The notes under the pieces: model-generated | Database searches by the model: none | What the model was told of the DNA's origin: nothing | The model's input: only the letters and a program-made list of their open reading frames with translations | DNA from: a virus | Lineage: Duplodnaviria; Caudoviricetes | IMG/VR virus record: IMGVR_UViG_3300021387_000484 | Location: 36,089 to 100,088 of that record | DNA: 64,000 nucleotides | Strand: one strand, 5' to 3' | Program-made: the position numbers and the translations under genes | Shown: in pieces, positions 38,219 through 48,188 of the stretch | How the letters are laid out: each line of letters starts with the position of its first letter | Numbering within the stretch: the first letter of the stretch is position 1

Positions 38219-38695
38219 TCACTTCTCAATTTCTCCTTTCCACACAGTTTCCCTTATCACTACTTCCACTCTTGGTGTTTCACTATAAAATCTGCTTATA
38301 GCTGAATCCACTATCTGCGAGTCGTCATGGTAGGCGACGCCATTAATCGAATCCTCGATTGCCTTTAGCACGTTTGTCGAGTCAGGCCGTTTTGTTGGCC
38401 TTATCGCGCCCTCCCGCATCATGCCAGCCTTTTTCTTGCTCGCACTCTTTGGTATCTGGTAATAGGCCGTAACTTCCATGGTGAGCGGGACGCCCTTTTC
38501 GAAGAAGATGCCCCCGCACTGGCGCTTATACTCAGTCCTCACAGCCTCTTCATAAGCCATGGTCTCTACCGGAGTCCACACGGACACGAAAGATTTTTTG
38601 TTCCTCCTGCGCCTTACGGAAAACCGGGGTCTCCCCTTTGGCTTTGGTTCCCCTAAGACGATAAATCTTGCTTCTTTTGCCATCACTTCCACCAA
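38219..38695 (-). CDS. rusA: RusA-family Holliday junction resolvase
   Basis: GEPKPKGRPRF, RPDSTNVLKAIEDSINGVAYHDDSQIV. Confidence 0.9.
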   Translation of the reverse strand: MVEVMAKEARFIVLGEPKPKGRPRFSVRRRRNKKSFVSVWTPVETMAYEEAVRTEYKRQCGGIFFEKGVPLTMEVTAYYQIPKSASKKKAGMMREGAIRPTKRPDSTNVLKAIEDSINGVAYHDDSQIVDSAISRFYSETPRVEVVIRETVWKGEIEK

Positions 38696-38740
38696 TATTG
38701 ACCCGTTTGGTCAGTTTGCAGTTTCTCAGGTTTGATAATC

Positions 38741-39442
38741 CTATGCACCTAGCCTCCTGCGCAGTTCTGCAAGGTCTTCCGCCCTTGACCTGCCAGATGG
38801 CTTTGCCGGTTTCCTGACCTGTTTTTCATCGGGCGTCCTATACTCAACTCTTGCAGTGCCCGTTTTCAGGGTTCCATCATATGCCCCGATTTTTTCGGGT
38901 TCAGGTCTTCTTGTTTCCAGCTCCTGACGGATACTGTCTTTTGCACCGATGACAGAGTTGCTTATGCGCTGTTCTGTCGCTTCCCGCTTCTGGGCGGCGT
39001 CATACATCCGAAGGAAGTTGGACTGTGCCACTGTCTCAAATGTCTGAATATCCATCTGGGCAAGCTCCTTGAGCGATGCGGCACTCCCGACAGCCTTTTG
39101 AACGATTTTAGGCAGTGTATTGAACGAAGCCTCCATCTGGTCCCACGGGCAGTTTACAGCACGTCTTACCAGCGCCCACGCTTCTGTTCCGCTTGTATCG
39201 GCAGGTTTGCCGACCATGTGGATATAACTTATTACCTGCCCCGTTGTCGGGGGGAAGCCACTGCTGTCCGCTGTCCTGTAGGCTTTCAGTCCCGCCATGA
39301 CAACGGCTTGAGAGTATTCCCCCAAATCCTCATGCCACATCACCACCTGCCGTTCCGCGCTTTCCCTTGTGACATTTGAAAAATACTTTGGGAAAGACGC
39401 CGTCATGGTGGCAAGCACCTCTTTTGTTTCCTGAATCGTCAT
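38741..39442 (-). CDS. Helicase loader/inhibitor (G39P-like)
   Basis: W..LGEY..FPPT; EAW; directly downstream of initiator. Confidence 0.7.
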   Translation of the reverse strand: MTIQETKEVLATMTASFPKYFSNVTRESAERQVVMWHEDLGEYSQAVVMAGLKAYRTADSSGFPPTTGQVISYIHMVGKPADTSGTEAWALVRRAVNCPWDQMEASFNTLPKIVQKAVGSAASLKELAQMDIQTFETVAQSNFLRMYDAAQKREATEQRISNSVIGAKDSIRQELETRRPEPEKIGAYDGTLKTGTARVEYRTPDEKQVRKPAKPSGRSRAEDLAELRRRLGA

Positions 39443-40305
39443 GTTCGTCGGCCCTCCATTGCCATTTCGAAGTAAACATCCGCGCCTGTCGGCTGTACAT
39501 GTCTGCTATCTATCCTGTCCCACAGGATGCCTTTATATCCTTGCGCCATCGAAAAGTCGATAACATCTATCACTGCCGTTCCGCCTGACTGCTTTTCATG
39601 CTTCCCCACTTGGGTTATCAGGCTTTTTAGTCCCATAGGCTTATAATCCTCTCTCCTCTCCCGCTTGTACTGAAGCCATTCGTTGACCTTGTCTTTTACC
39701 GGGGTTGATAAATCAGAATCCAAAACAGCCTTGGAATTGGTTTTTTCCCCCCGTACCCCCCTTTTTCCAGTATCTATAGATACTATTTTTTGAGTAGATT
39801 TATCATTTTCAGGTAAATAGTTAGAATCAGGTAAAGGTTCAATATCAGTATTAGTAACAGTAACAGATGTATCCATACCGTATGGATACGGTATGGATAC
39901 GGTATCGGTACCGTATCCATCTGTCCCATTTGCGACTTTTGCCAGATATTCTCTGAATTCTTTGTTTTTTACGTTGCTGATTTCTGATAAAAGTGGTTTC
40001 CTGAACTTCTCGGACTTTGTCCAATTGTACTTGTACCAGTTCAGAAGCAGGATTTCCTTTGTCTCGGGCGAGTAGCGTATGACATTGTGGTATGCCTCAA
40101 ATCGCTTTATAAGCTTATCGACCACATCCCTGCTGTATCCTGTTTCAAGAGCGACCTGCTTTGTGCTGATTTCATAGCACCCGCACAGGTTTGTATGCGG
40201 ATTGGTGAACAGGTACAGGTAAAAGTACCTGTCCTCCGGGGTAAAATCGTCCACAACTTTGCTGTCTGTCCAAAAACTCATTGATATAGTCCTGTATAGT
40301 GCCAT
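39439..40305 (-). CDS. Phage replication initiator (replisome organiser)
   Basis: FWTDSKV..TPEDRYFYLYLFTNPHTN..G.Y wHTH; central low-complexity region. Confidence 0.85.
   Translation of the reverse strand: MALYRTISMSFWTDSKVVDDFTPEDRYFYLYLFTNPHTNLCGCYEISTKQVALETGYSRDVVDKLIKRFEAYHNVIRYSPETKEILLLNWYKYNWTKSEKFRKPLLSEISNVKNKEFREYLAKVANGTDGYGTDTVSIPYPYGMDTSVTVTNTDIEPLPDSNYLPENDKSTQKIVSIDTGKRGVRGEKTNSKAVLDSDLSTPVKDKVNEWLQYKRERREDYKPMGLKSLITQVGKHEKQSGGTAVIDVIDFSMAQGYKGILWDRIDSRHVQPTGADVYFEMAMEGRRT
39770..39921. repeat. Candidate replication origin: 11-bp ATGGATACGGT direct/inverted iterons beside an AT-rich tract
   Basis: atccataccgtATGGATACGGTATGGATACGGTatcggtaccgtatccat within initiator gene; AT-rich 39770-39865. 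Confidence 0.7.
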
Positions 40306-40388
40306 TGCCACTTTCCTCCCGAAAACCACAGCCACGGAATCTCACGCACCCGTGGCTGTGAAACCCTATAGTATCGTCAGGATGACTT

Positions 40389-41309
40389 TTATTCTTCCTG
40401 AGTTTCCTCTGCGACTATCCGTCCCTCTTCGGGAGCCTTGGCCTCTTCGTCACTGACTTCCCGATTCTTTTCTTCCGCCATGCTGGCGACCATCTCCATG
40501 GCCTGACCAAGCTGTCCCACGGTCATCGCCTCAGAAGTGCGCAGGCCAAGCTGTGTCAGGATATCCTTGTAGACCGCATTTCTCTCGTTGTTCTCCTTAA
40601 AGCCCTCAGCAATCGCGTTCATGAACATCTTCCGCTCTTCCTGAGTAATCTTCCTGTCATCCTCGGACAGGGGAGCCTGCATAGGGGCCACGGGCGCCGC
40701 GTTCCCGCCGACGGGGTCTTCGAAGGCGTCCACGACCTCTTCCTGAGAGTAGATGCCCATAATCATGTCCGGGCAGTTGAGGCGCCCGAAGAAGGACGCC
40801 GCACGGTAGCGAATCATAACCTCAGGCATGGTCGCCCACTTGGAGCCGTTCTTTTTTGTCCACCCTTCCGCGTTTGCCATCTCCATGGTGATGAGGGGAC
40901 CTGTGACCTTGTTGCCGTTGTAGTCCTCAGCCCACGCCCTGCAACTGAGCGGCTTTCCGCTGTTGTCGTACTCCATGTCAAACTTCAACTCGGTCTTGTA
41001 GCGGCGGCTGTTGTTAATCATGGCGATAATCCACTGGGAGGACCACGCGGGATTTCCGTGCACGATGTACAGGTTCTGCATGACCATCATGGGGCTCGTG
41101 TTGATGCGGGATGCCATCTCAATGGCAATCAGGCAGTTGGACGGGTTACCCTGATAGGTCGCGGGCACGATGGTAGACCTCGCCAGCGCATCTGCCATCC
41201 TGCACGCAAGCCCGAAACTCTCTGCGCTTGAAAAAACGCTCAGCCCAGCCCCTGCGGATGCCCTCTGGATAAGTCCCTCGTTTGCTCCGACAATCATCTC
41301 GTTTGCCAT
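40389..41309 (-). CDS. Single-strand annealing protein (RecT/Redbeta-like)
   Basis: IVP..YQGNP.NC..MQNLY.VHG.P; W..MP..M..YRA. Confidence 0.75.
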   Translation of the reverse strand: MANEMIVGANEGLIQRASAGAGLSVFSSAESFGLACRMADALARSTIVPATYQGNPSNCLIAIEMASRINTSPMMVMQNLYIVHGNPAWSSQWIIAMINNSRRYKTELKFDMEYDNSGKPLSCRAWAEDYNGNKVTGPLITMEMANAEGWTKKNGSKWATMPEVMIRYRAASFFGRLNCPDMIMGIYSQEEVVDAFEDPVGGNAAPVAPMQAPLSEDDRKITQEERKMFMNAIAEGFKENNERNAVYKDILTQLGLRTSEAMTVGQLGQAMEMVASMAEEKNREVSDEEAKAPEEGRIVAEETQEE

Positions 41310-41346
41310 ACTTCAATCCTCCTCTCGATACTTCAATCCTTGTCGG

Positions 41347-42045
41347 TCAAGATACCTTAACTGCAAAGCTCACCGTCTCCTCGTACTCGACGCCGGGGAT
41401 TTTGATGGTCCCCTTGGACGCCCTGATAAGGCGCATGATGGCCTTCTCATCGGCTGGCCTAATCATCACGCCCGCAAACTCGCACGGGAGTATGGACAGG
41501 TCGATGCTCTTTACGGCCCACGCCTTCTTCTGAGCGATGCCGTCCACCTTTGCCTCAGGAACGGCCACATGGACTGTATCCGCCATGGCGCCTAAGGCCT
41601 CAGCCTCTGCCAGCGCATAGTCGGCAGAAAACTCGTCTCCGCTTGCCTTGGCCTCTTTGGCCTCGTCAAGCTTCCTTCTGGCCTCCTCCATGGCAAGCCT
41701 CCTGAGCTCTTCTTCCTTCTCCCTGCGCTGTCTCTCCTTCAGGGCCTGATACTCGCCCATCTTGGTCTTGAGGATGCCCTCTGCCTTTTTGAGCGGGTCA
41801 GTCATGGCCTTCTTGTGGTCGGTCACGGCCTTGTAGGCGCTGTAGGTGGATGCCCGCATGGGCTCCCAGTACTCCTCGACCCTTTTCTGGGCGGCCTTGA
41901 CCGCCTTGACAGCGTCCCCCGCAAGGGCGAAGTCCGCATCAGTGCTGATGGTCAGCTCCATGGCGTCACGCTCGATTTTGCTGACCTCAGTACCAAGCTT
42001 CTTTTCCTCAACCGGCACGATGCCGGTCTCCATATCTTTTCCCAT
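41347..42045 (-). CDS. Coiled-coil recombination-module protein
   Basis: Long coiled coil ending IPGV; lies between nuclease and SSAP. Confidence 0.55.
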   Translation of the reverse strand: MGKDMETGIVPVEEKKLGTEVSKIERDAMELTISTDADFALAGDAVKAVKAAQKRVEEYWEPMRASTYSAYKAVTDHKKAMTDPLKKAEGILKTKMGEYQALKERQRREKEEELRRLAMEEARRKLDEAKEAKASGDEFSADYALAEAEALGAMADTVHVAVPEAKVDGIAQKKAWAVKSIDLSILPCEFAGVMIRPADEKAIMRLIRASKGTIKIPGVEYEETVSFAVKVS

Positions 42046-42068
42046 ATAGTCTCCTTTGCGCTATTAAG

Positions 42069-42150
42069 TGTTTCCGTTTGGCTACCTTACGCTCAAATTT
42101 TAGCATGCGGAAGGTCAGTGTCAATTCTTACTTGTTGCCGACCGGATGCA
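42069..42150 (-). promoter_or_regulatory. TTGACA promoter bracketed by two operator copies
   Basis: TGTTTCCGTTTGGCTAC (42069-85) and inverted GTTGCCGACCGGATGCA (42134-50). Confidence 0.6.
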
Positions 42151-42258
42151 TGCTGTTGCTTTTGACCTTGTATTTTCCCCTGAGAGCCATTTTGTTGCCT
42201 TTGTGGTACATTCTCCCACAGTGGCCTCTAAAACGCCTTACAGAGGACGTGGGGCGCC

Positions 42259-42870
42259 TTATTTGGCAAGATAGTCGCACAGGCACTTGCAGGAGTTGAA
42301 GACTCGGAGTGCTTCCGCGTCCATGGGGAGGTATTCGGGGGCGCTCCACTTGCCGTCCTTATGCAGGTGCAGGACCATCTTCCGCTCGATGATAATCCCA
42401 TGGCTCCTTAGTGCCTGCGCATAGGCTTCCAGCTGTACCCTCACGTTTTTGTCCATGAGCTTGTAGGTGGTCTTGTAGTCGATGAGGGTGAGCTTTCCGT
42501 CTATCATGGCGACAAGGTCTATCGTGCCCGCATACCTGTACAGCTTGTGGTAGGTCCGTAGTTCGCTCCCGACCGCCTCAGGACCGGTAAGCCCCCACCA
42601 CTCAAGGAATGCGTCCATGTATCCCCTGTGCTCTTCCGGGCAGTCGTCTATGCCGAACTTGATGTAGTTCTCTATGGCGTTGTGGACCATAGTCCCCCTG
42701 TCCGCCGCGCGCATCAGGGTCTGTTCGTCCACCCTCGTGTACTCATGCTGACTTAAAGGCTCCATCACCTGCGTCACGGACGGAATCTCCACCCCGTCCA
42801 GAAGATACTTGTGCCCTTCCTCCGAAAACACCAGCTCCGGTGTCTCGGGGATTGATAATCTTTTCTCCAT
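42259..42870 (-). CDS. PD-(D/E)XK exonuclease
   Basis: PSVT, RGTMVH, YAGTID, IDYKT, QLEAY. Confidence 0.85.
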   Translation of the reverse strand: MEKRLSIPETPELVFSEEGHKYLLDGVEIPSVTQVMEPLSQHEYTRVDEQTLMRAADRGTMVHNAIENYIKFGIDDCPEEHRGYMDAFLEWWGLTGPEAVGSELRTYHKLYRYAGTIDLVAMIDGKLTLIDYKTTYKLMDKNVRVQLEAYAQALRSHGIIIERKMVLHLHKDGKWSAPEYLPMDAEALRVFNSCKCLCDYLAK

Positions 42871-42986
42871 CCACTGCTCCTTTGCAAAAAACCGCTATGT
42901 CCATGCGCCGTATGGCGGCGTCAAGCTCCGCCTCGGTCCGTATACCGTACTCATCCCTGAGCAGGTCCGCCAGTGCCCCGCCCATC

Positions 42987-43475
42987 TCACACACCCGCCT
43001 TTTTAGCAATCGTGCGGAGCTGGCTTATGGACTTGGATATGCTGTCAAGATAGTCCAGCACCTTCCTGAATTCCTTCGCTTCATTGGGCGTGATATCCCC
43101 GTCTTCGGCGATATCCACAAGGCGCTCCGTGATGCCCATAAGCTGTGACACCCGAAGCCCTTTCAACAGCTTCAAAGTGACCATCTCGATGGACGACGCC
43201 TCATCCGACACGGCACTGTTCTTGCCGATAGGGCACTCGTGCAGGCAGAAGTAGTTCAAAAGCTGTGGGGCGTTGTAAAGGTCTGCCAGTATGACCGCCT
43301 TCTCGACGGGCATCTGCTTTTCAAGACCTAGCTCCGTGTTCTTTATGGCGTCCTCGCTCATCCCGGCTTCGTCTGCCGCGCCGAAGCGGCTCCGTAGCTT
43401 CTCATTCACCTTTGAAGCCTCTATCCGTGCCTCGTACCATACATTTCCAGAGGCTACCGTGGCTTTGCGACCCAT
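42987..43475 (-). CDS. HTH regulator (CII-like position)
   Basis: HTH-like N-terminus, C..ECPIG, DIAEDG.I; downstream of cro. Confidence 0.65.
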   Translation of the reverse strand: MGRKATVASGNVWYEARIEASKVNEKLRSRFGAADEAGMSEDAIKNTELGLEKQMPVEKAVILADLYNAPQLLNYFCLHECPIGKNSAVSDEASSIEMVTLKLLKGLRVSQLMGITERLVDIAEDGDITPNEAKEFRKVLDYLDSISKSISQLRTIAKKAGV

Positions 43476-43532
43476 TTTTTCCTTCCTTCCCGTATGCTAT
43501 ACTGTTTTGCAAGTCAAGCATGACCATTGTAG

Positions 43533-43769
43533 TCAACCAGATTTTTTACGTCGTCCGATTGGCAACTTCTTGTCAAAAAAAATGGAGTTGAGCATATCCG
43601 CAGACAAGTCGAGCTCACGTGTCACGACGATTATCTGGTCCGGGGTAAAACCCACTTCGCCCTTCTCCTTTTTGTAGTAAGCGTCCTCGGTTATCCCCAT
43701 AGCACTCGACAGGTCGCGAGCCTTTTTCCCCTTGCGGACGCGCTCCGCTTTCAGCTCTCTCGGATTCAT
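43533..43769 (-). CDS. Cro-like XRE HTH protein
   Basis: LKAERVRKG..MGIT..AYYKKEKG; divergent from repressor. Confidence 0.8.
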   Translation of the reverse strand: MNPRELKAERVRKGKKARDLSSAMGITEDAYYKKEKGEVGFTPDQIIVVTRELDLSADMLNSIFFDKKLPIGRRKKSG

Positions 43770-43792
43770 CCATACCTCCTTTCTCTAGCATT

Positions 43793-43882
43793 GTTTCCAC
43801 ACGGATATTATATCGTTCCTATAGGCAACAGTCAATTATTTTTTTCAACTTTTTGGAGCTAATTTCTTGTCCGAAAAGCAAC
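43793..43882. promoter_or_regulatory. Genetic switch: divergent promoters with three operator copies
   Basis: GTTTCCACACGGATA, TCGTTCCTATAGGCAAC, CTTGTCCGAAAAGCAAC; leftward TTGACT..TATAAT. Confidence 0.7.
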
Positions 43883-43928
43883 ATCTGGGTATACTTTACA
43901 TGTGGCGAGCCACAGAAAGGACGTTCAT

Positions 43929-44279
43929 ATGGAAAAGCACGAAAACAATCTGGACCCGGCAAACTTCAAGAACAACCTCATGGCTTTGATGAAGGCAAGG
44001 GGCATCAATCAGAACCGCCTTGCTCAGGAACTCGGTTCCCCTCGGTCGACTGTCTCCCGCTACTTTATCACCGACAGGATTCCCGACCCCAACTACCTGT
44101 ATAAGATGGCAAAATTTTTCGGCGTGACGGTAGACTTCCTCTTGGGGGTGAGTGACGAAAAGAACACGAACCTTAACCCCGACGCCCTCAGGATAGCGGA
44201 GCTCTACACGCTTGCAAGCGACAGCGACAAGGCTGTCATACAGACACTCCTTGGCAAGTATGAGGGCCTTGGAAGATGA
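43929..44279 (+). CDS. CI-like XRE repressor (no S24 peptidase domain)
   Basis: INQNRLAQELG..STVSRY..P..LYKMAKFFGVTVDFLLG. Confidence 0.85.
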   Translation: MEKHENNLDPANFKNNLMALMKARGINQNRLAQELGSPRSTVSRYFITDRIPDPNYLYKMAKFFGVTVDFLLGVSDEKNTNLNPDALRIAELYTLASDSDKAVIQTLLGKYEGLGR

Positions 44280-44644
44280 AGGCGCATCATACCCCGATAT
44301 CTGACAGCATCCTGCGCCGCAGTGTGCACTTGGCAGACGTAGACATACGCGGGGAGATTGTCGATTTCCGCATGACCCCGGCAGGCGTCCCGGTCCTAGT
44401 TTTCTCGTGGACCCCCATAGGTGTCGGAGAAATCCATCTTCCTGAATTCAGCAGGCTGGATGAACTGTGCGCAGAGCAGTCATACTGCCTGACCGGGAAG
44501 GTGTCCAGAGTCTCGGACATCATTGTGGAAGCGGGCCTGTGCGCGGGCAACTCCAACTGCGTCCTGTGCGGGAAGCTCATGGAAAACATCGAAAAAGGAA
44601 TTTTTGTTGCAGTTGCAAAAGACGGGATGCCACTGGATATGTGA
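44276..44644 (+). CDS. Hypothetical protein in lysogeny module
   Basis: ATGA overlap with repressor. Confidence 0.6.
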   Translation: MKAHHTPISDSILRRSVHLADVDIRGEIVDFRMTPAGVPVLVFSWTPIGVGEIHLPEFSRLDELCAEQSYCLTGKVSRVSDIIVEAGLCAGNSNCVLCGKLMENIEKGIFVAVAKDGMPLDM

Positions 44645-44679
44645 CATCCCGTCATCTTTAACAGAAAGCGGAGGACCTA

Positions 44680-46371
44680 TTGCCTGATATCGAAAGAACC
44701 CCCTTGCAGAACAGAGCGGCAATCTACATAAGGGTATCCACCCAGCTCCAGATTGATAAAGACTCCCTCCATGTCCAGAGGCGCGAGCTTGCGGCCTACG
44801 CGGAGCTCGTCCTTGGAATCCATGAATATGAAGTGTTTGAGGACCCCGGCTACTCTGGGAAGGACACTTCCCGCCCCGCCTATCAGCAGATGATGACAAG
44901 GATAAGGATGGGGGAATTCTCCCACCTTCTCGTCTGGAAGATAGACCGCATAAGCCGAAATCTTCTCGACTTCGCCGCCATGTATGCGGAGCTAAAGCAC
45001 ATCGGCGTGACCTTCGTCTCTAAGAACGAGCAGTTTGACACGTCCACCGCGATAGGTGAAGCCATGCTCAAAATCATCCTTGTCTTCGCCGAACTGGAAA
45101 GGAAGATGACAGCTGAGCGCGTGACGGCGGTCATGCTCTCCCGCGCCAACAATGGCCAGTGGAACGGCGGGCGCGTCCCCTTCGGCTACGACTGGGACTC
45201 GGAGAACAAGCAGTTCCTCATAAATGAAAAAGAAGCCGACCAGTACCGCTACATGTGCTCCCTGTACGAAGAGAAGCACTCCATCACGAAGGTCTGCGCG
45301 GAAATGAACCGCAGGGGCATTCCAACAAAAACAGGAGGGAAATGGAACACGGTCGGCATACACAAGATACTGACCAGCGTCTTCTACCTTGGCACCTACC
45401 GCTATAACGTCCACTCGGACGGCAAGGGCATCAGAAAGCGCGACGCCTCAGAGTGGATAGACATAGAGGGGCACCACCCAGCCCTCATCACGCAGGACCG
45501 ATTCCGCCATATCGGATATATCCTGAAGAAGAACGCAAAGCTCTCACCAAGAAACCGGACCACATATCAGGACAAGGCCGTGCACATCTTCGCAGGGCTC
45601 CTAACTTGCGGGGTATGCGGAAAGAACATGACCGCCACGCAGGGAAGGCGCAGGGCAAGCGGCTACCGCCCATCCATATACGGATGCGCCTCAAGGCGCA
45701 GGAACGCCTCATCCTGCACGAACAAGTACACGACCGACCTGTACATCGCCCCGGACGTTTTCGCCGTCATATCAGGGGTCCTGACCGTAAGGGACAGGCT
45801 GGGGACCAAGGCGGGTGCTCTGGATATTGAAAAAGAGATTTTGTCCCGCATCCCGTCCGCCTGTAGCATAGAGGGGCTTTCCGGGCTGGCGGACAGCATA
45901 CAAAACGGCGTGACCGGCATGGAATATACCCCGCCCACCGCAACAGCCGCAAAGCCCCCGGACGACATGCAGGACCTGATTGCCCGAAAGAAGAAATGCG
46001 AGGCCTCCCTCAAGAGGCTCCAGACTCTGTTCATATACGGTGAAGAAGGCATTGCGGAAAAGGACTATATCATTGAGCGCAAAAGGATTCAGGATGAGAT
46101 ATCCCGGATAGACGACCTGCTCGAAGAGACGGGCGACACAGAAGAAACTCTCTCAGAGCAGGAGTTCAGAACGAAGGCGAGCTACTTCCTCATGATAAAC
46201 CAGCTCCTTGGAGATAAGCCGAAGGACACCGAAGAAATGCTAAGGCTCATCGACCCGAAGATACCAAAGGACTTCGTGAACACCGTGATAGATAACATCA
46301 CCGTCACGGACGGCACCGTTGAAACAATCCGCTTTAAGAGCGGTGTTTCCGTAAGGATACATCGCCGATGA
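44680..46371 (+). CDS. Large serine recombinase (integrase)
   Basis: YIRVST catalytic Ser, DRISR, recombinase domain, CGVCG zinc ribbon, coiled coil. Confidence 0.95.
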   Translation: MPDIERTPLQNRAAIYIRVSTQLQIDKDSLHVQRRELAAYAELVLGIHEYEVFEDPGYSGKDTSRPAYQQMMTRIRMGEFSHLLVWKIDRISRNLLDFAAMYAELKHIGVTFVSKNEQFDTSTAIGEAMLKIILVFAELERKMTAERVTAVMLSRANNGQWNGGRVPFGYDWDSENKQFLINEKEADQYRYMCSLYEEKHSITKVCAEMNRRGIPTKTGGKWNTVGIHKILTSVFYLGTYRYNVHSDGKGIRKRDASEWIDIEGHHPALITQDRFRHIGYILKKNAKLSPRNRTTYQDKAVHIFAGLLTCGVCGKNMTATQGRRRASGYRPSIYGCASRRRNASSCTNKYTTDLYIAPDVFAVISGVLTVRDRLGTKAGALDIEKEILSRIPSACSIEGLSGLADSIQNGVTGMEYTPPTATAAKPPDDMQDLIARKKKCEASLKRLQTLFIYGEEGIAEKDYIIERKRIQDEISRIDDLLEETGDTEETLSEQEFRTKASYFLMINQLLGDKPKDTEEMLRLIDPKIPKDFVNTVIDNITVTDGTVETIRFKSGVSVRIHRR

Positions 46372-46414
46372 TGCAAAACACCCCCGGGCGCTTGGCTCCG
46401 GGGGTGTTTTGCAT
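46370..46414. terminator. Long hairpin/terminator after integrase
   Basis: ATGCAAAACACCCCCGG..CCGGGGGTGTTTTGCAT. Confidence 0.75.
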
Positions 46415-46810
46415 AGCAAAAGGAAAAACTATTCTGGGTTGGTATGCATAATTATACAGTCGTGATGTATAGGGTATTTTTATTAGCATCGGGTAGCTAA
46501 CTTATTGGAAGAGCAGTATATAGTATACTCCATGGCAACAGTTGTTGTCAATCGGTTTTTGACGAATCCTTGTTTTCTGGCGGTTCAGAGGGGGTTTTTC
46601 CGTCTTCCTCATGATTATATACCACGAACATGGCGTCCCCTATGTTTACGATATATAATCATTTTCGGAATATTCATGAAATATGCACGAAATATACACG
46701 ATTTACGAGGCATTAAAAAGCGGTGCATGCACGCATGATGCCGCACCGCTTTTCATGGAAAATCTTTCCGATTGGATACATCCCCAGTATACAATTCGCC
46801 TATTCAGTTG

Positions 46811-47041
46811 TCAATGTAAAAGGGAATCGGTCCCTATCTTTTCAACCTCATCGCACAGTTTTTCCGCCTGCTCGATTAGAACCATCATCAGGTTCTGGAT
46901 GGTATCAAGGGACTCTCTCTGCCACTCCGCCGGGTACAGACTTACGAGTTTGTCGTCAATCACCCTTGCGAGGTCCAGTACCTTCCTGCTGTCAACGACC
47001 GCTTTTTCCGTCAGTTCTATCATGGGTAAATCTCCTTTCAC
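46811..47041 (-). CDS. Small hypothetical protein
   Basis: ORF with AAAGGAG RBS. Confidence 0.5.
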   Translation of the reverse strand: MKGDLPMIELTEKAVVDSRKVLDLARVIDDKLVSLYPAEWQRESLDTIQNLMMVLIEQAEKLCDEVEKIGTDSLLH

Positions 47042-47317
47042 GATGCTTTAACTACTTCTCGCATGGAAAGGCTCCTGTCTCCTACATGTTTCAGGGCGTC
47101 GGGGACTTGCGGTCCATGTGCGAGGCTGTCTCGGAGTCCGCCACAGCACATTGTACAGCGGCGTCGAAGCAAAAACACCCACATATGCCCGTCAGACCGT
47201 CCAGAATCCCGCAGGAGAGGTTTTAGCGGCGCAGGCGCAGAATCTTCCGCCCTGTCCCCTAAAGCCCCTCACAGGGGCTCCTGAGCGGTCACAAGTTTTC
47301 CGGTCGGCAACATCAGG

Positions 47318-47644
47318 TCATGCGATGGCAGAGACCTGAGACCGCCCGAAGAAGCGCGCCTTGTAGACCGCGCCGTCACCCTTGGACCCCCAGATAAGGT
47401 CAACGCCGAAAAGGGCCTTGGAGCCGTGGTTCACGAGGAAGCCCGCCTTCTTCCAGTCCGCCCACGTCTTGACCTCTTCGGTGATACCGGCCATGGCCTT
47501 GGCGTCTGCGATTCGCTTTGCGTTCTCGGGAGCCGCTTTGGCGGAAATCCACGCGCGGTGCAGGCACTCGGCGAAGGTGTTCCCACCCTTGCGGAACAAA
47601 ACCCAAGCGTTGGTCATAATCTTCTTCAGATTGTATCTCTTCAT
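47318..47644 (-). CDS. Paralog B of ArdC-N-like small protein
   Basis: MTNAWVLFRK..TWADWKKAGFLVNHGSK..FFGRSQV. Confidence 0.7.
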   Translation of the reverse strand: MKRYNLKKIMTNAWVLFRKGGNTFAECLHRAWISAKAAPENAKRIADAKAMAGITEEVKTWADWKKAGFLVNHGSKALFGVDLIWGSKGDGAVYKARFFGRSQVSAIA

Positions 47645-47865
47645 CCTGTGCCCCTTTCCGCCGTATCGGCTCTTCAAACACGTCATCCCCCTACAATGGT
47701 AGTATAGCACTATAGGGCTCTATAATCCACTGGCAGAGTGCTGATTATAGACCTCTATATTTGTGTATTTTGACTATTGCCCCCTATATTGTAATCCGGT
47801 ATAATATTACCGTAAGGTGGAGTGGAGGCTCCGCCTGACTATTAATTACGAAAGGAGTATCTATT

Positions 47866-48120
47866 ATGGCTGAGGAAATGACCCCAAAAAAGAAAAGCCG
47901 GTACAAGGGGTACACCCCTGAGGTGGGAAAGGCCACCCAGAAGTATATGAAGGAAAACCTTGACGACATCAAATTCCGTGTCCGCAAGGGCAAGAAGGAC
48001 TACTACAAGACCTGCGCGGAAAACGCCGGTCTGTCCTTCACACAGTTCATCATCACAGCTATGGACGAAAAGATAGAACGGGAAGACCTTGCCCCGAAAC
48101 CCAGAGTATTTGATATCTGA
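47866..48120 (+). CDS. Ribbon-helix-helix (Arc-like) regulator
   Basis: KATQKY..IKFRVRKG.K..AENAGLS..QFI..A; divergent from paralog B. Confidence 0.75.
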   Translation: MAEEMTPKKKSRYKGYTPEVGKATQKYMKENLDDIKFRVRKGKKDYYKTCAENAGLSFTQFIITAMDEKIEREDLAPKPRVFDI

Positions 48121-48188
48121 GGAGCCTCATGCAAAAAAAGCGCATGCCACCCCCGTAGTGACACGCGCTTTTTTATTATCATTTTGGG

